NCBI GenBank assembly: GCA_965240325.2
Contig: OZ251223.1
Coordinates: forward strand, 4,464,001 to 4,528,000
Reading direction: 5' to 3'
DNA length: 64,000 nucleotides
DNA from: Rebecca billardiae RCC1528
Taxonomy: Eukaryota; Protista; Haptophyta
Below the pieces are notes generated by a model. The model was given only the letters and a program-made list of their open reading frames with translations. It made no database searches and had not been told where the DNA came from. Shown piece after piece: positions 1 through 10,444 of the stretch; the first letter of the stretch is position 1; each line of letters starts with the position of its first letter. Both the position numbers and the translations under genes were made by a program.

Positions 1-2335
1 TGGATTGCGGCCGGAGCCCGCGCGAGCCCGGATTTCGTTACAAAACTCCACGGCGAGCACGATCCTGAGGCAATCCGACTATAGGATTTGGCGCACCAGG
101 GCTCGCGCGCAGGCCGCCGAGTGCACGTGTCGTGTAGGCTTGTCGTGGTGCTCGTGGCAGCACGCGCGCGCGCGTGGGCGCCCAACACGGCCTGAGAGTG
201 CGCCGAGCGCATCCGATGAGTACACCGCGTGCTTATGGGTCTCGTCGGCCTGCCCCGACGGGCGGTTGGCGGTGTTGAGCCCGCCCGTATCGATGTTGTG
301 CCCTCCGTCGTGGGACGACGCAAGCGAGCGCAGCCCCTCGGGAGCCTCAGCCATGCGGCTGCACTTAGCACAGCGCGCGATGAGTGCGGCGGCGCCTTCG
401 AGATACGCCGTACGGAGCTTGCCGCCATCCCGGATGACCTCTCGCTCGTGCTTGACGGTGGTGTTCGCCTGCTTGATCCACTTGTCGTCGCCGTTGACGG
501 CGTGCCGGCACTTCTCGGCCTCGGCCATCGACTCAGACACCTTGCGCTGGTCGTTGTCCATGTCGCGCGCGTCTGTGAGGTCTCTTCGGGTGCGCATGGT
601 CCTCACGCGCACCGCCTCGCGCGCGAGATCGCGGCATATCACGCCCAGGTCCTCCTTCGGCGCGTCCTTGCGCGTGCGCCGGGCGGCGGCGCCATGCTGT
701 TTGAACGGTTTGGTGGGCGGCGTCCGGATTCCCAGACGACAACCTTAAAATCGGTCCAGGACCGCCGCCCCACCCGCACCAGCCGCCGACGCCCACATCC
801 CACGCCGCCGCCAAGAGCGCGGCGGCTGCGGGCACGCCTCCCCGGGCTCCCACGCTCCGCCACACATCGTCAGGTGGCGGCCTGCCGCTTGGACTCGTGA
901 TCGGAGTGGGCTTGGGGTGAGCGCGTCGACTATGACGTGGACGTGGTAGCTCACGACGTAAGCTCGACCGCGTGCTCACGCTGGCCTACGTCGCACAGAC
1001 GGTGCGAAGAGGCTGCTGTGGACGGCGGCTGCCGGAGTCTGCGTGCTCGGCCGCAGCACCCCGTGCGCGCAGGTGATCTGCGAGGTGGGCACAGCGGCGA
1101 GCGCATCAACTGCGTGGCGCGCGAGCCCGATGAGCTCAAGAGCTCATCCAACCACGGCTCATGTCAAGACCAAAGCCGCTGCGCGGAGCCTCGGCGCAGC
1201 ATGCCGCCTTGCCGTCTGCGCGACGCCATGTGCGACTGCGCAACCTTGAACAGGCTGGCCGCCCGCCTGCAGCGGCTTTAGTGACGTGGTGGCGGGATCA
1301 TCCGTAATGCTCCGGCCCGTGTGTAGTCAGGCACATTATGCCCTGGCACCGGCAGCGGCACCGGCGGGGCGGACGGCGGTGGCCGCCTTGGCGCCTTCGT
1401 GACAGTGAGCGCGGGACTGAATGATGGCCACTGGAGTGACTAGACCCACGTGCCTGCCTTGCCCGACACCTCGTCGCGCGCTCGCGTGACTAACGCTCAA
1501 GTGGTGCATGCGCCGTATGGCATACGCCTCAGCGCCTGTCCACCACGGCGACGTGTTCCATGCCACCAGCCTAGCGTCCCCATCGGGCTTGCTTCGTGCA
1601 TGCACGCATCCGGCCAATCGACAGGCGGCGGCGGCGCGTTCCAGAGCATGCGCTGATGAGTGTTGATCCGTGACCTGCGCACTATCTGCGGACCGCTCGC
1701 TCCGGCAGCAGACTGTGCGCACGGACGAGGCCGAAGCCCTGCGGGCGCTAGAACGTGCCTTGCGCATGTCGACTACTCCGTACTCGCGCATTGGCGCCTG
1801 CCCAGCTGTTGGCGTAGTGCGCGGCGATCATCGCGCCGTCAGCCTCCCCGCCAGCCACGGCCACGAGCGGAAAGCCGAAAGCGCCGCCATCTTGGCCGTC
1901 GTTGGGACTTGGGAACTTGGGCGACAGTCTTGTCTCACACTGCAAGACTTGTCTCGCCTCGAGTGTCGAGTCCCGGTCCGACTCCAGAAGTCCAGAGATG
2001 ATTTTGCTTGATTTTGCCCTTTCTGGACGGCCTTTCAAAAGCGGAATCTCCGGAAAGCAAGACAGCTGGCACACAGCGAACCAAAAACTCCGAGAGGAAA
2101 CTCATGCTCCCGCAAAGCGATCACCGGGCGGCTGTTCAAGCCGCCCGTCCGCCAGCTGCTTTTGGCACATTCGTCTTTATTTATTGGATGGGATGACAAT
2201 CATCAGATTGAATTCTGTCTTGGTGAGCAGCGTCGCGGCATTGGTCGCGGGTGGGCAGCCCACTGATGACCGCTGATACTGTTCAGTACGGTCAGTGTGA
2301 TGATCGACCACTGGCACTAGGCACTACTACCGAGG

Positions 2336-5017
2336 CTACGACCCCGTGGGCCTCGCCATGCTCTGGCGCGCGAGGACGCGCACCTGCGCGAGGACAGACC
2401 TGCGGTCCACGACGGGCGGCGGCTCCTCGGGCCTCGGCGCAGCGGTGGCGCCCTTGGCGCCCCAGCCTGTGAGCAGCTGCGGCTGCCGCCACAGGGGGCC
2501 GTCCGCGCCCTCCAGCCGCATGGACATGGAGTGCCGCACCTTGCCCGTGCTCACGCTGAACGACGCGCCTGCCTCTAGGCTGCTCGCCGGGCGGCTGAAG
2601 CTCGGCCCCGCCAAGTGTGCCCCAGGGCCCAGCGAGTGCGCGGCCAACTGCGCGGCCTCGGCCTCGCCCGCTCTCCCCTCGCCCTCGCGCTCGCCGCGCT
2701 CGAAGAAGGCGCTCGCCTGCTGCGTGAGCGCTGCGTTGGCGTCGCGAGATGGCCGCCGCTCCATCGCCGAGGCGAGCTGGGCGCCCAGCCCGCTCGCGCT
2801 CTCGTCGGGCTCGCGTGGCGGCGCCTCGCGCCCCTCGCGCTCGGCGAGCCCCTCGGCCGGCGGCGCGGGCGCCGCCCCCGCGCCCCCGCTTCGCCTGGCG
2901 CCGTGCATCGCGCCGAGCATCGCGCTGGTGAGCGCGCGCTCCATGTGCTTGCGGTCGGCCGCATGCACTTTGGTCCGGTCGGTGAAGTCGTGCAGCTTGC
3001 GCGCCTGCGGGGCGGCGCGGGCGGCGCGGGCGGCGGGCGCTCGCTCAGCGAGGCGAGGCGCGCGGGCGCGGCGCGCGGGCGCGGCGCGCTCGCTCGGCGC
3101 GCGCACCGTCGCGAGTGAGTCGAGCAGCTGCGGCACGGCGGCGCACAGCTTGGGCGCGTGCTCCGCGTCCATGCGCAGCAGCCAGGAGGGCTCCCGCGCG
3201 GACACGCTCGCCGAGCGCGCGCCGCCGCCCTCGAGCACCGTCTCGCCGAGCATCGGCGCGTGCCCGTCGTGCCGCGGCTCGAGCGTCGCCACGAGCACCT
3301 CGCCCGCGTGCGCGCCCTTCACGCGCACGTCCAGGCTGCCCGCCACCAGCACGTACAGGGCGTCCGAGGGCTCGCCCTGCGCACACAGAGGCTGGCCCGC
3401 GCGCAGGCGGAGAGGATGGAAGAGCGGCGCGAGCGAGGCGCGCGCGGCGGCGCTGCGCAGCAGCGCGGCCTCGAGCTCGCGCGTGCGCTTGAGCAGCTCG
3501 ACCACCACCAGCCGCCTGCAGCCGGCGCGCGCAGCCTGCGGCAGCGCCTCTGCCGGGATCAGCATGAGCGCACACCCGTCCGAGGCGGCGCGCGCGGTCG
3601 CGAGGCGCGGCGTGAAGCCGCAGCCCTCGAGGCCGAAGAGCGGCGCGGCGGTGCTCTGCTGCACGCGCCGCTCGTACGTCTCCACCCGGCCGGAGTGGTC
3701 GCGCACCTCCAGCACGCCCGCCAGCAGCACGCCCACCGAGGGCGCGGGCGCGCCCTCCCTGAACACGACGTGGTGCCGCGCGTGCACGCTGTACCGTGCG
3801 CACGCGCACAGGCGCTCGAGCTCGGCGCGGCTGAGCGAGGCGAAGGGCGGCGTCACGCCGAGGATCGCGACGAAGCGCTCGACGTGCTCGCTCGCGTCGC
3901 CCTCGCCAAACGCCGACTCGTCCGCGTCCGGCTCGTCCGGCGCGCCCAGCGGCGCCAGCGGCCCGCCGCGGTCTGGCGCGTGCGCGGGCGACGTGCGCTG
4001 AGAGGCGGCCCCGGAGGCGCCGGAGGCGCCGCTCGGCGCGCCGGAGCCGACCAGGCTCACTCGGTACGGCGTGACCGGCTTGGGCGTGCCGCCGTCGCTC
4101 AGAGAGCTCTGCGAGGTCGAGCGCGGGATCGAGGCGCGGAACGACCCGCCGAGCGCCGCCGACGCCCCCGCGAGCTGCGCCGGGCGCAGCGCCTCCTCGA
4201 AGAGCGACCCCCGGATCGAGCCCAGGTCGTGGTGCGAGGACACGGAGCGGCGCAGCGACGCAGGCCGGAGCGCGGAGGCGGACTGCGGCGACATCGAGGG
4301 CGCGCGACTGAGCGACGGGCGCGAGGTGAAGGATGGCGTCGACCTGAGCACGCCCACGCCGTCCTCCCCCGGCAGCGCGACGGGCGGCGGGATGGCGAAG
4401 TCGTCGTCCGGTCCCTCGTCCAGCGCCCCGAGCCGATCGTCGAGCGACCGCGCCGGGCTCGGGGGCAGCGGCGGCGCGAGCGTCGGCTCGGAGGCGGAGG
4501 CCGGCAGCGGCGGCGCGGCGTCGGCGGGCGCGGACGGCGCGGCGCCGGCGGGAGACAGCGCGTGGCCCACACTCCACGACGCGCTCTGGCCCCGCTCGTC
4601 GTCCGGGGCGGCTGGCGTCGCCCCGGGCGGGAGCGGTCGGAGCGCGTGCGCGGTCGCGGCGCGCGAATGCAGCGGGCGCATCCGCGCGGACGCGCCCAGG
4701 GAGCGGCGGCTGGCGAAGAGCTGCCTGTGGTGGTCGACAAAGACACTGTCCCGATCGACCACGGGCTGCGGCCCCGACCGGCTCTTGGTCACCAGCGGCG
4801 GCAGCTGCTGAGTGCGCTGGCCGGCGTGCCGCCGCGGGCCCGCCGCCACCGAGCGCAGCGTGCGCGCCTCCGGCTCCGGCGTGGGCGGCGGCGCGCGGGC
4901 CGGCACGACGGCGAAGCGCGGCTTGGGAGCGGTGGACGCCTCCGCGTCCGATGGCGCGGGCGGGGCGCCCGCGCCGCTGCCCGCCACGTGCAGGAAGGCG
5001 CGCTGCGGCGCGATCAT
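2336..5017 (-). CDS. Protein with two cyclic-nucleotide-binding (cNMP/CAP) domains and long low-complexity termini; one in-frame intron 3005-3106
   Basis: Motifs 'PPFASLSRAELERL...VVFREGAPAPSVGVLLAGVLEV...FGLEG..PRLATARA' and 'LCAQGEPSDALYVLVAGSLDV...LGETVLEGGGARSASVSA'. The intron has GTGCGC...CTGAG...CAG and is 102 nt. Start is uncertain (ATG at 5017 or 5104). Confidence 0.8.
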   Translation of the reverse strand: MIAPQRAFLHVAGSGAGAPPAPSDAEASTAPKPRFAVVPARAPPPTPEPEARTLRSVAAGPRRHAGQRTQQLPPLVTKSRSGPQPVVDRDSVFVDHHRQLFASRRSLGASARMRPLHSRAATAHALRPLPPGATPAAPDDERGQSASWSVGHALSPAGAAPSAPADAAPPLPASASEPTLAPPLPPSPARSLDDRLGALDEGPDDDFAIPPPVALPGEDGVGVLRSTPSFTSRPSLSRAPSMSPQSASALRPASLRRSVSSHHDLGSIRGSLFEEALRPAQLAGASAALGGSFRASIPRSTSQSSLSDGGTPKPVTPYRVSLVGSGAPSGASGASGAASQRTSPAHAPDRGGPLAPLGAPDEPDADESAFGEGDASEHVERFVAILGVTPPFASLSRAELERLCACARYSVHARHHVVFREGAPAPSVGVLLAGVLEVRDHSGRVETYERRVQQSTAAPLFGLEGCGFTPRLATARAASDGCALMLIPAEALPQAARAGCRRLVVVELLKRTRELEAALLRSAAARASLAPLFHPLRLRAGQPLCAQGEPSDALYVLVAGSLDVRVKGAHAGEVLVATLEPRHDGHAPMLGETVLEGGGARSASVSAREPSWLLRMDAEHAPKLCAAVPQLLDSLATVRAPSERAAPARRARAPRLAERAPAARAARAAPQARKLHDFTDRTKVHAADRKHMERALTSAMLGAMHGARRSGGAGAAPAPPAEGLAEREGREAPPREPDESASGLGAQLASAMERRPSRDANAALTQQASAFFERGEREGEGRAGEAEAAQLAAHSLGPGAHLAGPSFSRPASSLEAGASFSVSTGKVRHSMSMRLEGADGPLWRQPQLLTGWGAKGATAAPRPEEPPPVVDRRSVLAQVRVLARQSMARPTGS

Positions 5018-5710
5018 GCGCAAAGGCGATCGCCGTGGCCGTGGGGGTGGGTGGGGCCGGCCCTCCGAGAGTCGATCTCGTATCACGTTCCCGTCCGCCT
5101 GCATCTGTAATACTTGTATCTCAGCCGCGGGATCAAGAATAGAGATGACTCGAGGCACGAATCAGGGAGCAGGGCGCGCGCGTTGAGCGCTCGACCCCGG
5201 CGTTCCTGATGACGGTCGGTGCACATTGCTGGCGAATGAGCGTTCTTGGTATTAATCTCGAGTTCAACGAGTTGTGGATCAGTTATTCAGTGTACTCATC
5301 CGTTCCAGTGTCCAAAGTGCATGATGAACCCACCTGAGAGGCTTGGATGCAGTGGCCCCAGAACGGGGCCTGGCCGTTTGAGTAACATATCCCTGCCGAT
5401 GCCCTCTATGGATCCGTCAATTAATGAGCGCTCACATACTGTACGCATCATGACATCGCGAAACATATACACGAGTACGGCCCTTGCACGAGTGACTAAT
5501 AGACCAAGGGAGATTTCCGTAAACGGCTATATCCCTTGATGAATACGCACACTTTTGCCGCCGGAACGGCTGAATCTCATCTTATGATCTCATTCAAGGG
5601 TTCAGAGGTGAAGGGGGACCGTGGAATTCTCAATTCGTCAGCCGTTGAGCGTGAAAAGAATTTGGACGAAATAAAGGGTAAAGAGGCACAAATGGCCGTT
5701 GGTTCCCACG

Positions 5711-7984
5711 ATGGCCGCCTGGCTCGCGACGGCGGAGCTGGAGCTGCGGCGGGCGTCGGCAGCGGCGCGCGCGCCGGCGGACGAGGCCGAGCTCGCGCGG
5801 CGCGCGGCGCGCGAGCGCATCGCCGCATACCGCGCGGCGCACCCGGCGGTCGACGAGGAGCGCCGCGTCGCGGAGGCGGAGGCGGTCTCCGAGCTGCGGC
5901 GCAGCGAGGCGGAGCGGCTGCGGCTGCAGCGCGCGCTCGCGCACGCGGACGAGCGCGCGCGCGCGCAGCGCGCGGTGGCGCAGCGGGTGCGCTCGCGAGA
6001 GGCCACCGAAGCGCGCGGCGCGCGACGCCTCGGCGCGGCGCTCGCGGCGTGGGCCGTGCGCGACGCGCGCGTGCGCCGCCCGCTCGAGCGCGCGCTCGGG
6101 CGCTGGCGCGGCGCCGCGGCCGCGATCGGCGTGGGCGCGCGCGCGCGCGCGCCGTCGGCGCTGCACCTCTGCCTCGCGTCCGCGCGCGGCACGCGCCTCG
6201 CCCGCGCGCTCAGCGTGTGGCGCGCGTGGGCGCACGCCCTCGGCCACGCGCACGGCCTCGCCCTCTCGCTCTCGCGCGCCGCGCTGGCCGCGGAGAGGGA
6301 CCACCACGCGCGCCGCGCGCTGCACGTGCTCGCGCCGCTCGAGGCGGACGCGGAGGCGCGCGGCGCGTGCGCGCGCGAGCTGCGCGGGCTTTCGCGCGCG
6401 CTCGAGGCCCTCGCCGCCGAGCTCGTCGCCGAGCTCCGCGCCGCCCGCTCGCTGGTCGACGCGTGCGGCGCGCACGCGCACGGCGCGCTCGCCACCGCCG
6501 CGGCCGCGCTGCTCGGCGCACAGCCGCCGGCCGAGGGGGCGGCGGAGGAGGGCGAGGCGGCGGGCGTGGGCGGCGCGCCGCTTGGCTGGCTGCCCGCGCC
6601 GCCGCGCGCCGCCGCCTCGCCGCCGGCGGGCTGGGCCCTCGCCACGCGCGGCGGCGGCGGCAACAGCGGCGCGCACCGTGCGCGCAGCCGGCCGGGCGGC
6701 GCCGCGGCAGCGCTGAGCGCGGCTGCGCTGCGCGCGCACACGCCCGCTCCGCGCCTCTCCGAGCTCGACGTGGGCGAGACGGCGGCGGCGCTCGAGCGGC
6801 TACGCGCGGTCATCGACGCGGGCGGCGAGGGGTACGGCGACGTGCGCGCCGCGGCGGCCGCGGGCCGCGCGCGCGCGCTCGGCGCGCTCGCGGCGTGCGC
6901 GCGCGCGGCCGCGCTCGGCGGCGCGCTCGGCGCGTGGCAGCGCGCGGCGTGCGCGCTGGGCGCGCGCGCGGAGGAGCGCGCGTGGGCGCACGCGTGCGGG
7001 GCGCTGCTGCTCGCGCACTGGAGCGCGAGCGCGCACGCGGCGGGCGTGCTCGCGCGCGCGCTCGGCCGCTGGCGCAGCGCCGCGGCCGCCCTCGCCGCGC
7101 GAACCGCCGGGCTGTCGCTGCCGCCGCCGCTGCCGCCGCCGCCGCTGCGCTCGGCGCCGCTCAAAGGCGCCGGGGGCGGAGCGCGGCCGGCGCGCGCGTG
7201 GGGCGAGGGGCCGCCCCGCGGCGCCGACGGCGCGGACACGCGCAGCGCGCTGCTCGACGCGCTCTCCCTCGCGCTCACGCGCGGGCGGCCGCTCCACCCG
7301 CTCAGGCCGGCGGCGGGGCGGCCGGCGGGCGAGGGAGGCGGCGGCGGCGGCGGCGGCGAGCGCGCCTCGCGCTGGCTGGCGTGGCGCGCGTGCGACGCGT
7401 GGCGCGCGCGCGCGGCGGCGGGCGTGGCCGCGCGCGGCCGCCGCCCGCCGCCGCTGCTCTTCCGACGCGCCGCGCCGGCGCGCGCGCGCCGCGCGCTGTG
7501 GGCGTGGAGGCTGCGCGCGGAGCGGCTGCGCGCGCGCGCGGCCGCGCGGCGGGCGCTCAGCACGCGCGCGGCCGCGCTTGGCGAGCGCGCGCGCACCGCG
7601 CTGGCACTCACGCGCGCGCTCGCGCGCTGGGCGGGCGTGTGCGCGCTGCTCGGCGCGCCGCGCGCCGGGGCGGGCGCTGCGCGCACGCCGCCGCGGCTGC
7701 GCGAGCGCATGCAGCTCGCGGAGCTCGGCGCGCTCGGCAGCCCGGGCGGGCGGGCAGGGCCCGCCGAGCCACGGCCCGAGGCGGCGGGTGGCGCGAGCGT
7801 CGCCGGCCCCTCTGGCGGCGCGCCCGCCCCGAGCGCCGCCCCCGGCGGCGCTCGCCCGTCCGGCGGGGGCGCGGCACCGGGCGGCGACGTGTCGCGCGCC
7901 GAGCTCGCGTGGCGGCGCAGGCTCGAGCACGCGTCCGTCGCGCGCGCGCCGGCGGTGGGCGCGAGCCGCGCGCTGCTCGGATGA
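5711..7984 (+). CDS. Hypothetical Ala/Arg-rich helical protein with periodic Trp (A/L-xxx-W-R/A), possibly Sfi1-like centrin-binding repeats
   Basis: Long ORF with genic codon usage; N-terminal coiled coil; repeated 'ALGRWR', 'ALSVWRAW', 'ALGAWQ', 'ALWAWR', 'ALARWA'. The product name is inference. Confidence 0.5.
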   Translation: MAAWLATAELELRRASAAARAPADEAELARRAARERIAAYRAAHPAVDEERRVAEAEAVSELRRSEAERLRLQRALAHADERARAQRAVAQRVRSREATEARGARRLGAALAAWAVRDARVRRPLERALGRWRGAAAAIGVGARARAPSALHLCLASARGTRLARALSVWRAWAHALGHAHGLALSLSRAALAAERDHHARRALHVLAPLEADAEARGACARELRGLSRALEALAAELVAELRAARSLVDACGAHAHGALATAAAALLGAQPPAEGAAEEGEAAGVGGAPLGWLPAPPRAAASPPAGWALATRGGGGNSGAHRARSRPGGAAAALSAAALRAHTPAPRLSELDVGETAAALERLRAVIDAGGEGYGDVRAAAAAGRARALGALAACARAAALGGALGAWQRAACALGARAEERAWAHACGALLLAHWSASAHAAGVLARALGRWRSAAAALAARTAGLSLPPPLPPPPLRSAPLKGAGGGARPARAWGEGPPRGADGADTRSALLDALSLALTRGRPLHPLRPAAGRPAGEGGGGGGGGERASRWLAWRACDAWRARAAAGVAARGRRPPPLLFRRAAPARARRALWAWRLRAERLRARAAARRALSTRAAALGERARTALALTRALARWAGVCALLGAPRAGAGAARTPPRLRERMQLAELGALGSPGGRAGPAEPRPEAAGGASVAGPSGGAPAPSAAPGGARPSGGGAAPGGDVSRAELAWRRRLEHASVARAPAVGASRALLG

Positions 7985-8104
7985 GCCTGGCGTGTTCATC
8001 AGTGTCACTGTGCGGCGCCGGGCGAAATCCGAATATTCAGAATCCGAGGGTTGGCGCGCCTTTCGGGAGGCGATCTCGTCTCCAGTCTTGACCGGCACTG
8101 GTAC

Positions 8105-8373
8105 CAAGGGGCTTACAAAATACCACTGGGGGCGAAAGCGCCAGTGCGGAGCCCCGTCGCGACCCCGGCTCCTCAAACGGAAAGTGTCCGGGAGCTGGTA
8201 TGAAAAAAAGGCCGGAATGCCTTGAAAGAATACGAGATGTGTCGACAGATTACCCGCTTCCCCGGATTCAAACTTCTCGCGCAGTGTTCTCCACTCACCG
8301 GACACATTCCGTCTGAGGAGCCGGGGTGGCGACGACTGTGTTTCGCCCCCAGTGGTATTTTGTAAGCCCCTTG
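8105..8373. mobile_element. 269-bp MITE with 33-bp perfect TIRs (CAAGGGGCTTACAAAATACCACTGGGGGCGAAA) and 7-bp TSD CTGGTAC; P-superfamily-like
   Basis: TIRs at 8105-8137 and 8341-8373; ctggtac at 8098-8104 and 8374-8380. CANRG termini with a 7-8 bp TSD are typical of P elements. Confidence 0.85.
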
Positions 8374-8385
8374 CTGGTACAGCCA

Positions 8386-10292
8386 AAGGAATCAAGGGGG
8401 GTAGGACGGAAACGAGCCTCCCGGACTCCCCCCGCCGCCGGGAGGCCGTGTCCCGATCCGGTAGGCGCCCACCTCGCGCCCCTCCCCGAACCGACCCCCG
8501 CCGCCCGGCGGCGTCCTGCTGGGCGCACGAGCGCGAGCTGGCCGCTGGCGTGAAGCCGAGGTGGAGCCAACTCGTCCTTCAGCTCGCAGGCGGCCCGGCT
8601 CCTGCGACCGACCGCCCTGCGCGCGCATCCGCCTGCCTGCTTTGGTGCGGAGGCAAACCCGCACGACCCAGCCCGCCGCCGCCACGCGGCAGCCAGTCGG
8701 GGTGTCGTGTCGCGATTTGCGGGTGCGCACCTCGCGGGGCAGGTGGCACTGCCCCGCCCGGTCGCTTCCGATCAACGAAATTCCCTCGCAAGCGCCCGCG
8801 AACGCTGATCCTCGCCGCGGGCTCGCCGGGGCCCATGTGCGCGCCCGGGTGCCCCGGTCGAGCCAGTCTGGTGCGAGCACCGAACGATGGTGCGGACCGG
8901 AAGGCGTGGTGCGCGACGTCACCGAGGCTGCGGGCCAGCTAGGCACCGCTTGCGCGCCTACCAGTAGCCTGTGGGCCGACCACGCGTTCAACCGTGCACC
9001 CGATGGCAGTCACGGTGCTCTACGGCTGGAGCGCGCTGTGCGCTCAGGCGTGAGCGGCCGCCAAGTTGCCGGGTAGACGCGGTGCGCACGCTATGGCAGC
9101 TGCGGATCAGCATCGCGCGAAGCTCTGCTGCCCCCACCTGAATGCTCGCAGCACCCACCACACGGCCAGCCGGCCGCGCGCGCCGCGCGGCCACATCACC
9201 CGACGACTGCGAGCCTTGGGATATTGTATTGTGTGCTCAACGTGAGACTCGAAGTCACGGCGCGAGAAAGCGCCGTAACATCTGCGCACTCTCGAGCTCT
9301 TTTTCATAGCCACACCACGTCCGGGAGACCGGAGAGGGAACGGACGAACAAGCTCAAGTCGATGATGATCTACCGCGCGCTAGAAGGCTACGTGTTGTCG
9401 GTTGTACGGCCGGCTGTGACGCCTCTGAATGAAGCTGATCCTGTGCGCGAATGAGGTGGCCGCGCGGCGCGCGCGGCCGGCTGGCCGTGTGGTGGGTGCT
9501 GCGAGCATTCAGGTGGGGGCAGCAGAGCTTCGCGCGATGCTGATCCGCAGCTGCCATAGCGTGCGCACCGCGTCTACCCGGCAACTTGGCGGCCGCTCGC
9601 GCCTGAGCGCACAGCGCGCTCCAGCCGCAGAGCACCGTGACTGCCATCGGGTGCACGGTTGAACGCGTGGTCGGCCCACAGGCTACTGGTAGGCGCGCAA
9701 GCGGTGCCTAGCTGGCCCGCAGCCTCGGTGACGTCGCGCACCACGCCTTCCGGCCCGCACCATCGTTCGGTGCTCGCACCAGACTGGCTCGACCGGGGCA
9801 CCCGGGCGCGCACATGGGCCCCGGCGAGCCCGCGGCGAGGATCAGCGTTCGCGGGCGCTTGCGAGGGAATTTCGTTGATCGGAAGCGACCGGGCGGGGCA
9901 GTGCCACCTGCCCCGCGGGGTGCGCACCCGCAAATCGCGACACGACACCCCGACTGGCTGCCGCGTGGCGGCGGCGGGCTGGGTCGTGCGGGTTTGCCTC
10001 CGCACCAAAGCAGGCAGGCGGATGCGCGCGCAGGGCGGTCGGTCGCAGGAGCCGGGCCGCCTGCGAGCTGAAGGACGAGTTGGCTCCACCTCGGCTTCAC
10101 GCCAGCGGCCAGCTCGCGCTCGTGCGCCCAGCAGGACGCCGCCGGGCGGCGGGGGTCGGTTCGGGGAGGGGCGCGAGGTGGGCGCCTTCGAGATGCCGGG
10201 CCCTCCAAACTCCGCACCGGATCGGGACACGGCCTCCCGGCGGCGGGGGGAGTCCGGGAGGCTCGTTTCCGTCCTACCCCCCTTGATTCCTT
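8386..10292. repeat. Large inverted repeat (foldback): ~810-840-bp arms at 8386-9198 and 9452-10292, ~250-bp spacer
   Basis: The arms are near-identical reverse complements; the ORF track gives the same peptides on opposite strands (8392..8991- and 9659..10312+). The right arm has a ~27-bp insertion near 10190-10216. Confidence 0.92.
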
Positions 10293-10295
10293 CCA

Positions 10296-10444
10296 CTCAT
10301 TCTATGATTTAACGACACAGGTAGGACGGCGCAGGTCTCCTGATTCGTCGTCGGCAGTGCCCGATCGTCGACACGAAGTCGGCGCTGGTGGCAGAGCATA
10401 GCCTGAACCGCGATCGAATGGCTTGAGCGCGGCCTTGAGCTGCT
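10296..10444 (-). repeat. ~150-bp dispersed repeat, reverse complement of 60220-60369
   Basis: actcattctatgatttaacgacacaggtaggacggcgcagg...ggccttgagctgct matches the reverse complement of agcagctcaaggcc...gtgtcgttaaatcatagaatgagt. Confidence 0.9.

Noticed and set aside
745-954. 'YHVHVIV' as an HUH endonuclease motif
   Set aside because: The frame is closed by a TGA a few codons upstream, and no other Rep/Y1 motifs are visible.
1-2300. Possible degenerate TE or gene remnants (e.g. 79..642-)
   Set aside because: Non-genic codon style but no recognisable motif or boundary; cannot support a call.
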